Assembly (NCBI GenBank): GCA_963676835.2
Contig: CAXXFF010000002.1
Location: 1,408,001 to 1,472,000 of the forward strand
Origin: Marispirochaeta sp.
GTDB lineage: Bacteria > Spirochaetota > Spirochaetia > JC444 > Marispirochaetaceae
DNA length: 64,000 nt
Reading direction: 5' to 3'
In this document: positions 28,781 to 38,039 of the stretch, one piece after another
How the letters are laid out: each line of letters opens with the position of its first letter
How positions within the stretch are numbered: position 1 is the first letter of the stretch
Made by a program: the position numbers and the translations under genes
Notes under the pieces: model-generated
Told to the model about the DNA's origin: nothing
Databases searched by the model: none
What the model saw: the letters and a program-made list of their open reading frames with translations, nothing else

Positions 28781-30111
28781 CTGGCGCTCCAGAAAAGCCG
28801 GTTATCTTCACTGTCCAGGATCAGTTCTATTGCTATGACCAGCCAGGCGGTGGATGCCACCGAGGGCCAGGTGGAAAACTGATGGGGCACTTCAAGGGTG
28901 GAGTAGGGGATTCCTCCATCAACTGCAATGGAGGCTGCAGTCCGGATGATTTCCAGGGGTGACCGGAAATCTCCTGCTTTTACCAGAGCAGCTGCCATTC
29001 CTAAAGCACCTTCGGGCCAGTTGATGTCCATTTCCCGCCAGGTAAGGCCATTCTTTCCGAATATTGCCGCAGTCACCGCAGGGTTTTCATATACCGGGTC
29101 ATCCGCATAGGGCCGGTACTGGCCGGGCTGTTTATTGGAAAAACGCTCCACCCCGGTATTCAGGGTAGTGTCCGCTTTTTCTGTTTCCCCCGCCGCCCGT
29201 AAAAACATGGAGCCCCAGCTGGCTGTGTCCAGTGGCAGTACGGTGTCTCTCTTTCCCTCTTTTTTAATTCCCTGAATAATCTGGGATTTTTCACTGTCCC
29301 ACATATTCAGCAGTCCCTGGTATGTAAGGGAGGCTGCAGTCCGCCAGCGCTCTTCGCCGGTTAGATCTGCCAGCCCGGAGAAGAGAAACCATGCATCTAT
29401 ATTGTGTTCAGCGCTGACCCACTCAAGGGGAGCGTCGGAGTAGCTGGTCTCAACGGTTCCGCCGTTGTCCTTAAGTATATGTGCTCCCATGCCGCCGGTT
29501 ACCAGGCCGAAGCGGGGATCGTTCCGGTCGATTATCTGGAGTGACTGAAGATGTCCGGCCACTTTCTCGGCCAGATAGAGGATGCGTTTGTTTATGCGGT
29601 CTGAAAGGTCCACCTCGCCGTCGGTACTCCGGCGTTTCTGCAGGTAAAAAACGGCTGCATAGCCGGCCCATGCGGAAGCTCCGCTGCGGACGGTTGCTTC
29701 GCTGTGGTCCTCTTCGGAGGGCCAGTTGTTATGCAGGTTAAAACCAAACCAGAGACTTCCGTCTCTGCGAAGCTGCCGTGACAGACTGAAAAGCAGGTCT
29801 TCAGCCTCCCGGTAGCGTTCGCACATGGTAAAGGCAATTGCCGTCAGGGCATCATCGTAGGTATAGGATCTTCCGCGGACGTAAGGGTAGGCCGGGTCGT
29901 TTTCATCAACGCGGTAGCTGATAATAAGGTTGCGGCGCTGGGGAACTGCTTTATCCAGCATACTGTTTGGTGGAATCTGTGCTTCAAGCCAGGCAAGTGC
30001 CTGATCTCTATAGCTGGTAAGCTCTTCCTGTGTATCCGCCGGGACGGCACTTAGATGTACAGCAAATCCGAATCCAGCAAGCAGCAGGCCGCAAATTTTC
30101 CCCATATTCAT
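28777..30111 (-). CDS. exported six-hairpin glycosidase-like protein
   Basis: Signal peptide; YTYDDAL, SAEHNIDAW, PLDTASWG, WPEG, VASTAW motifs of (alpha/alpha)6 enzymes; start approximate. Confidence 0.55.
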   Translation of the reverse strand: MNMGKICGLLLAGFGFAVHLSAVPADTQEELTSYRDQALAWLEAQIPPNSMLDKAVPQRRNLIISYRVDENDPAYPYVRGRSYTYDDALTAIAFTMCERYREAEDLLFSLSRQLRRDGSLWFGFNLHNNWPSEEDHSEATVRSGASAWAGYAAVFYLQKRRSTDGEVDLSDRINKRILYLAEKVAGHLQSLQIIDRNDPRFGLVTGGMGAHILKDNGGTVETSYSDAPLEWVSAEHNIDAWFLFSGLADLTGEERWRTAASLTYQGLLNMWDSEKSQIIQGIKKEGKRDTVLPLDTASWGSMFLRAAGETEKADTTLNTGVERFSNKQPGQYRPYADDPVYENPAVTAAIFGKNGLTWREMDINWPEGALGMAAALVKAGDFRSPLEIIRTAASIAVDGGIPYSTLEVPHQFSTWPSVASTAWLVIAIELILDSEDNRLFWSAR

Positions 30112-30207
30112 TGTTCTAATGTACAACGCAGCAGGGGAAAATACGAGGGGATTTTCCGGGTAGCACCCTTGCTGCTAATGGGGGATAATAGAATGCGGAG
30201 GCAGTAT

Positions 30208-31194
30208 ATGGAAATGACAGATCTCGGCCCTTTACGGGTTTCCCGTTTTACCCTTGGAACCTGGTCTTTTGCAGGCGGCGGAATATGGGGAGACCGGCAG
30301 AAGCCGGAGTCCATCCGCATTGTTCACCGGGCAATGGCTGCGGGAGTTAACCTGATAGATACCGCCGAAGGCTACGGCGATGGAGCAAGCGAAGAGGTTG
30401 TGGGAGAAGCAGTCGCGGGGCGTCGGGGCTCTGTTTTCCTGGCTACTAAATTTCTTCCCCAGCGCATCAGCAGGCCTGAGGATATTCGAACCATGTGCGA
30501 AGCAAGCCTCAGCCGCCTTAAAACCGATTATATTGACCTTTATCAGCAGCACTGGCCCTTCGAGAATCCGGACTTTTCCGCAGATGATGTTCAGAAGGTT
30601 GTGGAGGACCTTATTGCAGAAGGAAAGATCTGCCACTTCGGTGTCTGCAATTTCGGACCCGGGGATCTTGAAGCAGGCACGCTGCCGCTGATAAGCGATC
30701 AGGTAGCCTACAGCCTGGCATTCCGGGCTATCGAGTTTGAGATGCTTCCATACCTGAAAAAGCGCGGGCTGGGGGTTCTGACCTACAGTGCTCTCATGCA
30801 GGGGCTACTGTCGGGTAAATATTTGTCTCCGGAAGAGTTCCCCGCAGGTAGAAAGCGGACACGCCATTTTTCCGGAGCTAACGAGGCTGCCCGGCATGGT
30901 GAGGCGGGATACGAAGATCTTACCTTTACCCTGATCCGCAGGCTCAAGGAAATTGCTGCCGAGGCCGGGCTGACCCTGCCTGCCTGCGGCACCGGTTGGG
31001 TGCTGGCCCAGCCGGGAGTAAGCTCGGTGATAGCCGGTGCCGGTACGGAACAGCAGCTTGAAGAGAACCTGAAGCACTTTGATACAGCCTTGAGCGGGGA
31101 TGTTCGTACAGAGCTGACCCGGGCCTCGGAAGAGCTGAAAACGGCAATGGGGCCCAATGCGGATCTCTGGCAGGGGCAAAGCCGGATAAGCTGA
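30208..31194 (+). CDS. aldo/keto reductase
   Basis: LGTW, DTAEGYG, LATK, LKTDYIDLYQQHWP, GVCNF; RBS ggagg before ATG 30208. Confidence 0.92.
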   Translation: MEMTDLGPLRVSRFTLGTWSFAGGGIWGDRQKPESIRIVHRAMAAGVNLIDTAEGYGDGASEEVVGEAVAGRRGSVFLATKFLPQRISRPEDIRTMCEASLSRLKTDYIDLYQQHWPFENPDFSADDVQKVVEDLIAEGKICHFGVCNFGPGDLEAGTLPLISDQVAYSLAFRAIEFEMLPYLKKRGLGVLTYSALMQGLLSGKYLSPEEFPAGRKRTRHFSGANEAARHGEAGYEDLTFTLIRRLKEIAAEAGLTLPACGTGWVLAQPGVSSVIAGAGTEQQLEENLKHFDTALSGDVRTELTRASEELKTAMGPNADLWQGQSRIS

Positions 31195-31262
31195 TTTTTA
31201 TTCATAAAGAAAATCATGCCGATTAAGTTGAGAAATCCATGGGTTTTTCAAATACTATAGGT

Positions 31263-31376
31263 ATGAAAGGAAATTTAAATATTGATACCACTAAAATGGA
31301 GGCCGCAGTTAAAAGGGCGGACAAGCTGCTCTATGCCTGTAAGCATAACGGGCGTAATTGCCTTCGTCTGGGGTGA
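31263..31376 (+). pseudogene. GGDEF-domain C-terminal remnant (37 aa)
   Basis: MKGNLNIDTTKMEAAVKRADKLLYACKHNGRNCLRLG matches the RAD.ALY.AK..GRN end of diguanylate cyclases. Confidence 0.6.
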
Positions 31377-31447
31377 CAGGACTAAAGGGTTGATATATCA
31401 GAATGGCCGTTCTTGACATTCCGTTTGCCGGAAACAACAATTTAATT

Positions 31448-32509
31448 ATGGTTAAAAGAATTCTCAGCAGTTTGTTTCTGAAACAACCGGTATTTCTGTT
31501 TTTAACTGTTTTTCTTGTCCTGGGTTTTCCTCTAACTGCGAAAGAGCCGGTAAAAATTGTTATTATGGAAACAATGCCCGTTCCTGCTCTGCTGGAAAAT
31601 GTAAATTCCTGTTTGCGGGAACTTGGAAATCTGGGATATACCAATTCAACTACGCAAATCATACATATTAAGGCAGCAGGAAGCCGGGAAAAGGCGGAGA
31701 ATGAACTATCGAAGCTTTTAGATACTTCCAGGCCGGATATTATAATCAGCTTTGCCACCCTGGCAAGTTTAACAGCAGTAAAGCTTACCGAACAATCCGG
31801 CATACCTGTTGTCTTTGCTCAGGTTTCAGATCCTCTAGGTTCCGGTATTGTCTCGTCCATGGATGCCCGACCGGAGTCTAATGTTACGGGAATAATTTTT
31901 ACTATTCCCCGGCGTGTAAAACTGCGCCATGCCCTCTCTGTTCTTCCGTACTCTCCATCGGCTGAAAAGCCTCTCCGTATCGGGTTTATTCACTCCTCAT
32001 ACCCATCATCCATGGGTGCATTTCGTGAACTGCGGGACGCAGCTGCGGAGATTGAAGGGGTTGAAATAATTTCCCGGATTATTCCGTATGAATCTGTTCC
32101 GTCCGGTACTGTTGCGATGCTTCAGGAGCTCAGTCACTACGCCCGGGAACTTGAACCCCTGATAGATTTCTGGTGGGAGCCTACCGGTGCGTTGGGAGAA
32201 CTTGAGGAATATCATGAGACTCTCATGGGAGTCAGCAGTAAGCCTGTGCTTTTTGCCAACACAGTAAAGAGCGTCGAAGGCGGAGCTGTTATGACTTTGA
32301 TCCCGGCCCTGGGTTCTGCCGGTGCGGAAGCAGCCCATCTGGCTCATTCAATTCTCCAGGGAACACCCGCCGGCAGTATCCCCATACAGTCTCCCCGGGC
32401 TGTAACAGCTGCATTCAACAGAGATACCATTATGAAGTACGGACTGATTATTTCTCCGGGATTGCTTTCCCTTGCAGAGGGGAATATCTACCCGAGGTTG
32501 GATGAATAG
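31448..32509 (+). CDS. ABC-type substrate-binding protein (ABC_sub_bind family), probably the sensor partner of the next kinase
   Basis: PDIII, IPVVFAQVSDPLGSGIV, NVTGI, G..AA.LA..IL.G...GSIPI. Confidence 0.8.
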   Translation: MVKRILSSLFLKQPVFLFLTVFLVLGFPLTAKEPVKIVIMETMPVPALLENVNSCLRELGNLGYTNSTTQIIHIKAAGSREKAENELSKLLDTSRPDIIISFATLASLTAVKLTEQSGIPVVFAQVSDPLGSGIVSSMDARPESNVTGIIFTIPRRVKLRHALSVLPYSPSAEKPLRIGFIHSSYPSSMGAFRELRDAAAEIEGVEIISRIIPYESVPSGTVAMLQELSHYARELEPLIDFWWEPTGALGELEEYHETLMGVSSKPVLFANTVKSVEGGAVMTLIPALGSAGAEAAHLAHSILQGTPAGSIPIQSPRAVTAAFNRDTIMKYGLIISPGLLSLAEGNIYPRLDE

Positions 32510-32511
32510 CC

Positions 32512-33954
32512 GTGACACTCTATAAAAAAATAGTAATTACCGCGGTCTCCCTGCTGGTAATAACCATCGGAAGTGTTTCTGTTCTGTATGTGCGGACTAT
32601 GCAGCAGCTCTGGTTTACTGCTGTTTCCCTGTATACCAGAACTTCTCTGCATGACTACATTGAGGGCTATCCGAAGCGCCTGGTACAGCTCCTTGAGGAT
32701 TCCGGATTTTTAGGGATTGACTCTTTCGAAGAGTCTTACCGCAAAGAGGCGTATTCCGCTATTGGAGAAATTCATAACCTGCCGGACTTCATTGCGGGAG
32801 AGTCGATGGAGTCCCTGAGAATCCTTATTTACGATAACCGGAGAACCGCTATAGTCGGCAGGAAAGCCATTTCTGAATTTCCCTGGATCGTCCCGTTTTT
32901 TGAGCAGCCTGAACTTCCTTCTGAAGGGGAAGGTTCCAGGCAAGGCTGTTATTTTTCCTATGCATATTTTGATTACTGGGACTGGTATGTAATTGCCTGT
33001 ATTCCCAATACCTACCTGGTGGATACGGTCAGCCTGGTTGTACGGAATACGGTTATGATAGGTATTTTTATCTGGTTAATCCTGGCGGTAATTCTCAACC
33101 TGCTCCTGCAGAAGATTCTCCTCCAGCCTCTGGCAAAAGTCGAGAATAAAACCATGGAGCTTGTTTCCCGGGGGTATGAAATTGAGGTTCCCTCCGGGAT
33201 CAAGGGTGTTTTTGACCGGCTTTTATACGTGGTTGATGTTGCCGGGCAGCTGCTGGGAGAGCAGCGGCAGGAACTGTTTAATGAGATTGAACAGCGCAAA
33301 AAGGCGCAGCATGACCTTCAGGATCTGGTGGACGAAAAGGAGCGTCTTGTACGGGAGATCCACCACCGGGTAAAGAACAACCTGTCCATGATTTACTCAA
33401 CAATTGATCTGGAACAGAGAAGAATCAGCAGTGATGAACAGCGGGAAATTCTAAATGTTATTCAGCGCAGAGTCCGCACCATGGGTCTTATTCATGAACA
33501 GCTGTACCGCTCCAAGGGGATGGAAACCGTTGACTCCGCTGCCTATTTCAGCTCCCTTGTTGAGTATCTGCGTAATTCATTTTCTTTTAAAAACGGACAG
33601 CATATTCAGATTTCCGCAGAGGTCGAAGAGCACCAGATGAACTACACTGCAGCCAGAACCTGCGGGCTTATAATAAACGAGCTTATTACTAATGCGATCT
33701 CACATGCCTACCCGGAAAAATCGGAAGGGCATATTCAGGTTTCGTTTAGGAAAGAGAGTGGAGAGAGCTATTGTCTGAGGGTTTCTGATGACGGTACAGG
33801 GATCAAAGAGCCGGCAAATACCGGGGAAAAATCCTCCATGGGTGTTATATTAATAAACGGATTTGCCGCCCAGTTGAGCGGGGAGGTAGTCTATGAAAGG
33901 AAGAACGGCACTGTCTGTACGGTTCGTTTTCCATCCGGAGGGAGTGAAGCTTGA
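32512..33954 (+). CDS. sensor histidine kinase (HisKA_2 type)
   Basis: Two TM segments, REIHHRVKNNL, IHEQLY, NELITNA, VSDDGTG. Confidence 0.9.
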   Translation: MTLYKKIVITAVSLLVITIGSVSVLYVRTMQQLWFTAVSLYTRTSLHDYIEGYPKRLVQLLEDSGFLGIDSFEESYRKEAYSAIGEIHNLPDFIAGESMESLRILIYDNRRTAIVGRKAISEFPWIVPFFEQPELPSEGEGSRQGCYFSYAYFDYWDWYVIACIPNTYLVDTVSLVVRNTVMIGIFIWLILAVILNLLLQKILLQPLAKVENKTMELVSRGYEIEVPSGIKGVFDRLLYVVDVAGQLLGEQRQELFNEIEQRKKAQHDLQDLVDEKERLVREIHHRVKNNLSMIYSTIDLEQRRISSDEQREILNVIQRRVRTMGLIHEQLYRSKGMETVDSAAYFSSLVEYLRNSFSFKNGQHIQISAEVEEHQMNYTAARTCGLIINELITNAISHAYPEKSEGHIQVSFRKESGESYCLRVSDDGTGIKEPANTGEKSSMGVILINGFAAQLSGEVVYERKNGTVCTVRFPSGGSEA

Positions 33955-34328
33955 CCGAACTATCCCCCAATGTACTTGTTGTTGAAGATGAGGCTCTGAT
34001 TCGAATTGCCACAGTAAAAATGCTGCAGGATGTTGGGGGAGTTGTTCTTCAGGCTGGGGATCCTGATAATGCCCTCAAAGTTGCACTCACAGAAAAGCCT
34101 GTGTGCATTGTTCTTGATATTAACCTGGGGGCAAAAAAGAACGGAATAGAACTGGCCCGGGAGATTAGGCAGCATTATTCCCCGCACATCTTTATCTCCA
34201 CCGCTTATGAAATTGAGGATTTCTGCTCAGCCGAAGAAGCCGGCAGTTTTTCCAAGATATTTTCCAAACCTCTTTCAAATCAGGACATCGAACATATTGT
34301 AAGCTGCTGCAGCAGGCCTTTAAGCTGA
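33951..34328 (+). CDS. single-domain response regulator
   Basis: VLVVEDE, LDINL, STAY, KP. Confidence 0.88.
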   Translation: MTELSPNVLVVEDEALIRIATVKMLQDVGGVVLQAGDPDNALKVALTEKPVCIVLDINLGAKKNGIELAREIRQHYSPHIFISTAYEIEDFCSAEEAGSFSKIFSKPLSNQDIEHIVSCCSRPLS

Positions 34329-34898
34329 ATCTTCAGGTATGTCTCCTGGAGAGTTAATATTGAGAAAAACCCTGGCGGGATCTACTATTTTTTCCATCTC
34401 ATTTTCGTTTATGTAATCTACTTTCATTGTCTGAATAAAGTCTCTCATTTTGCGCCCTCCCTTCCTGATGAACTCATAAAGAGAGGGCAGCAGATTTACT
34501 GAGTAAACTGCACAGAGGGGTTCCGGTCGCATACGGTACAGCGGGATCGCCGCATCGTATCCCTCCTGCCTGTTGAGCAGCAGCCGTGCAAGTTCCGGTG
34601 AAAAATTGGGCATATCGCAGGCGGTAACAAAGGCTGATTGGTGCTGTGCTGCGGAAAGTCCTGCATAAAGCCCGCCCAGGGGGCCGGCGTCTGGAATACT
34701 ATCCTCTATACAAACGGTTCCCTCTACAGCGTATTGCCGTCTGCGGGCAGAGACAATAATTACTTCCCGGAAACAGGGGAGCATCTTTCGGGCCATATGC
34801 TCTATAAGGGTACTGCTGCCAAAGGGAAGCAGGGCTTTGTCTCTGCCCATGCGGCTGCTTCTTCCTCCGGCAAGTAGTATTCCGGATGCATTGATCAT
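34320..34898 (-). CDS. mobA: molybdenum cofactor guanylyltransferase
   Basis: LLAGGRSSRMGRDKA, GPLGGL, ACDMP, EPLCAVY, NINSP. Confidence 0.92.
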   Translation of the reverse strand: MINASGILLAGGRSSRMGRDKALLPFGSSTLIEHMARKMLPCFREVIIVSARRRQYAVEGTVCIEDSIPDAGPLGGLYAGLSAAQHQSAFVTACDMPNFSPELARLLLNRQEGYDAAIPLYRMRPEPLCAVYSVNLLPSLYEFIRKGGRKMRDFIQTMKVDYINENEMEKIVDPARVFLNINSPGDIPEDSA

Positions 34899-34957
34899 AC
34901 ATATATAGTAGCCGGAAACCACCTGACTCTGAAAGGAAAATCCGGCATAATGGCTGT

Positions 34958-35611
34958 ATGAACAGTTTTGCAAAGATAGTATTTTTCGGCTCCCTCTGGG
35001 GGCTTACAGAAAGCAGTCTCGGCTTTCTTCTGCATATGCTTTCCAGGTTTCTCCCTATACCCGGCATTGCCGGTTTTATTATGTTTCCCATAGCTTCTGT
35101 TTTTATGCTGGCCGCTTACGGCAGTACCGGAAGACTTTCCGCCATACCCTCTGCCGCACTTGTTGCAGCCGGCACCAAACTGCTTAGTCTTCTGCATCCT
35201 GCAGTTACTCCGCTGTTTGTTGTAAATCCGGTTCTGGCAATTCTTGCGGAAGGAGCTGTGCTGTGGTTCGCAGCGGCGGCTTTCGGGACCGGTTTCGTAC
35301 AGTCCGGGAAGATGTCTGATGCCCTCTCCGGCGGTCTGATTGCCGCTGTCGGCTGGCGGCTTCTGTTTCTTCTGACTATATTTCTTCTGCCGGTACAGAA
35401 GGGGATTTTAAATAAAGGGCTTGATGCTTTGTTGATCTTTATTCTGCTTGAAGGGGCTGTCAGCGGACTGTTTCTGGGAACGGGACTCTGGTTAAGAAGC
35501 CGGATACAGCAATTTTCAGTTTTCAGCAGGTTTGAACTCAAGGTTCATCCAGGGCTCTCTCTGCTGCTTTTTGTTGGAACAGGTATGCTTCAGGCGGTTC
35601 TTGGTGCCTGA
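34958..35611 (+). CDS. integral membrane protein (possible ECF S-component-like)
   Basis: About six hydrophobic segments; FGSLWGLTE..LG..LH N-terminus. Confidence 0.6.
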   Translation: MNSFAKIVFFGSLWGLTESSLGFLLHMLSRFLPIPGIAGFIMFPIASVFMLAAYGSTGRLSAIPSAALVAAGTKLLSLLHPAVTPLFVVNPVLAILAEGAVLWFAAAAFGTGFVQSGKMSDALSGGLIAAVGWRLLFLLTIFLLPVQKGILNKGLDALLIFILLEGAVSGLFLGTGLWLRSRIQQFSVFSRFELKVHPGLSLLLFVGTGMLQAVLGA

Positions 35612-35685
35612 TTTATAAAAGTGTCTCTGTTGAAGATGGAACCCATATATCAAGTAAACTTCTCAGATTATATAACTGCAATTTT

Positions 35686-35904
35686 TTAGACTCGTTCTTT
35701 TATCCAGATGTTGAGGCCCAGGGAAGCAGCTATGCCAAGGGCTTTTCCCAGTTCCACTGTCTCTTTTCCATTTTCAAGGTCAGAAATAAAGCGGGTACCT
35801 GTTCCGCATAAAGACGCAGTCTCAATCTGGGTATATCCAAGCTCTTTTCTCCGTTTTTTCAGGAGGGCACCGAATTCTGATGCATTTTTGATTCTGTTCT
35901 CCAT
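35686..35904 (-). CDS. HipB/y4mF-like XRE HTH protein
   Basis: FGALLKKRRKELGYTQ...GTRFISDLENGKETVELGK. Confidence 0.85.
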   Translation of the reverse strand: MENRIKNASEFGALLKKRRKELGYTQIETASLCGTGTRFISDLENGKETVELGKALGIAASLGLNIWIKERV

Positions 35905-35919
35905 CTGTTTAGTCTAATC

Positions 35920-36010
35920 TTACCGTACGGGAAAATCAACTCAGATTAATTAAATATATTACTGTACGGTAATATGTTGAGTTAATAACTGAAATATTAC
36001 CGAACGGGAA
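35920..36010. promoter_or_regulatory. three palindromic operators, consensus TTACCGTACGGKAA
   Basis: ttaccgtacgggaa 35920-35933, ttactgtacggtaa 35959-35972, ttaccgaacgggaa 35997-36010; spacing 39 and 38 bp. Confidence 0.75.
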
Positions 36011-36097
36011 TGTATTGTGTTGGTGAAAATAATCTTCCCAAGGGGTATCCCAGATGATATGCTGTGGACTTTAAAGAAAGACAAGGAGTACTCCGCC

Positions 36098-37276
36098 ATG
36101 GAAGCTTTGACTGCACAGTTTAAGGAACGCTACGGCGATAATGATATTCGTAAGATTCGATCCCCCTTGAGGATCTGTCCCCTGGGCGCACACGTGGATC
36201 ATCAGGGAGGGCTGGTTACCGGTATGGCTCTGGATTCTGCGGTGAATCTGGTCTACAGCCCTTCGGATGACGGCTATATTCATATTCAGAGCATGGATTT
36301 TCCCGATGAAGAGTATTTTCATGTTGATCATGTTCCGGACAAGCTTCCCGGTTTCTGGGGCAACTATATCCGCGGAGCGGTGCTCTCGCTGAAGCGTAAT
36401 CATATAATCAAAAACGGATTTAAAGCATATGTCAGCGGCAAGCTGCCTATCGGGGGCTTAAGTTCCTCCGCCGCTGTAACCACCGCCTATCTTATGGCTA
36501 TGTGCGATGTTAACGGCATCGAGCTTTCCGGTCCGGAGCTGGTGCAGTACAGCCACTGGATTGAGACGGAGTTTATCGGTCTTAAAAACGGCATTCTCGA
36601 CCAGTCGGCCAATATTCTCAGTAAAGACAAAAATCTGCTGGTGGTGGACTGCCTTTCCGGTGATCATGAGCTTCATCCCCAGTCGGCGGATCTTCCGGAA
36701 TTTGAGGTGGCAGTAATCTATTCCGGAGTCAGCAAGGCTCTGATCGGTACAGATTACAATAACCGGGTGGATGAATGCCGGGTAGGCGGCTGGCTGCTGC
36801 AGGAACTCGGCGGACTTGCGGTTACGGGACTCTCTGATATTCAGCTGCGTAATATCCCTGAGGAAGCATTCAATGCGCATAAAAATGAGGTTCCCGGCCG
36901 TTTCCAGCGCCGTCTTACCCATTATTATACTGAGCAGGACCGGGTCCGCAGCGGGATTGAGGCCTGGAAAGCGGGAAATCTGAAGGAGTTCGGCAGGCTC
37001 ATGACCGAGTCCGGCGAAAGCTCGGTTCACCAGTACCAGTGCGGCTGTGATGAGCTGACCACCATCTTTAATATTCTTAAAGAGTGCGAAGGTGTCTACG
37101 GTGCCCGCTTCAGCGGCGCAGGCTACCGGGGAGCCTGCATCGCCATTATCGATCCTGCCTACAAAGATTCAATCAAACAGAAAGTGGACGAGGTTTATCC
37201 GGTCCGCCATCCCGAGTATAAGGATATCTACCGGGTAAACTTCTGCAAAACCACCGATGGAGCTTCCAAGGTATGA
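36098..37276 (+). CDS. GHMP sugar kinase, galacturonokinase-like
   Basis: [47 protein letters not shown] aaggag. Confidence 0.8.
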   Translation: MEALTAQFKERYGDNDIRKIRSPLRICPLGAHVDHQGGLVTGMALDSAVNLVYSPSDDGYIHIQSMDFPDEEYFHVDHVPDKLPGFWGNYIRGAVLSLKRNHIIKNGFKAYVSGKLPIGGLSSSAAVTTAYLMAMCDVNGIELSGPELVQYSHWIETEFIGLKNGILDQSANILSKDKNLLVVDCLSGDHELHPQSADLPEFEVAVIYSGVSKALIGTDYNNRVDECRVGGWLLQELGGLAVTGLSDIQLRNIPEEAFNAHKNEVPGRFQRRLTHYYTEQDRVRSGIEAWKAGNLKEFGRLMTESGESSVHQYQCGCDELTTIFNILKECEGVYGARFSGAGYRGACIAIIDPAYKDSIKQKVDEVYPVRHPEYKDIYRVNFCKTTDGASKV

Positions 37277-38010
37277 AAGCACTCCTCCTTGCCGCAGGAT
37301 ACGCAACCAGGCTCTACCCTCTGACAAAGAACTTCCCCAAGCCGCTTCTGGAAGTTGCGGGCAAAACCATAATGGACCGCATTCTGGACAAGATTGAGGC
37401 GGTGGATGAAATTGACACCGTCTATGTTGTTACCAACCATGTTTTCCGGGATCACTTTTCCCGCTGGGCCGGTGAAACTGATTCCTCTAAGAAACTGGTG
37501 GTTGTGGATGACGGCACCTCCACCAACGAAACCCGGCTGGGTGCGGTTGGCGATATACGGCTGGTAATAGAACAGCAGCAGATTCAGGATGACCTGATGA
37601 TCCTTGCGGGAGACAACCTCTTTGATTTTGCCCTGCCCGATTTTGTTGATTTTTTCTACACCCTTGCAACGGACTGCATAAGCTGCCATGTCATAGACGA
37701 CGTGGAGCGTATTAAACGCACCGGAGTAGTGGAACTCGATGAAGAGAGCAGGGTAATGGGATTTCAGGAGAAGCCGGAAGAACCGAAATCCAACCTGGGG
37801 GTTCCTCCTTTTTATATCTACCGGGAAGATACCCTGCCATTAATAGGAGAGTTTCTCGATGCTGGCAACAACGGCGATGCTCCGGGTCACTTCGTCCCCT
37901 GGCTGCTGAAAAAAAGGCCCGTCTGCGCCTACCGCTTTGAAGGTACCCGCTACGATATTGGAACCCTTGCCAGCTACGAAGAGGTGAAGGCGGTTTTTGC
38001 GGGGCGGTAA
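37273..38010 (+). CDS. sugar-1-phosphate nucleotidyltransferase
   Basis: [13 protein letters not shown]...PKPLL, AGDNL, FQEKP, YDIG. Confidence 0.88.
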   Translation: MKALLLAAGYATRLYPLTKNFPKPLLEVAGKTIMDRILDKIEAVDEIDTVYVVTNHVFRDHFSRWAGETDSSKKLVVVDDGTSTNETRLGAVGDIRLVIEQQQIQDDLMILAGDNLFDFALPDFVDFFYTLATDCISCHVIDDVERIKRTGVVELDEESRVMGFQEKPEEPKSNLGVPPFYIYREDTLPLIGEFLDAGNNGDAPGHFVPWLLKKRPVCAYRFEGTRYDIGTLASYEEVKAVFAGR

Positions 38011-38039
38011 TTTTTCGCTGAAAGCTGTATATTTCGTAT

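Noticed and set aside
36098..37276. Calling the kinase galK
   Set aside because: The GalK GEHTDY signature is replaced by GAHVDH and no galT/galE is adjacent
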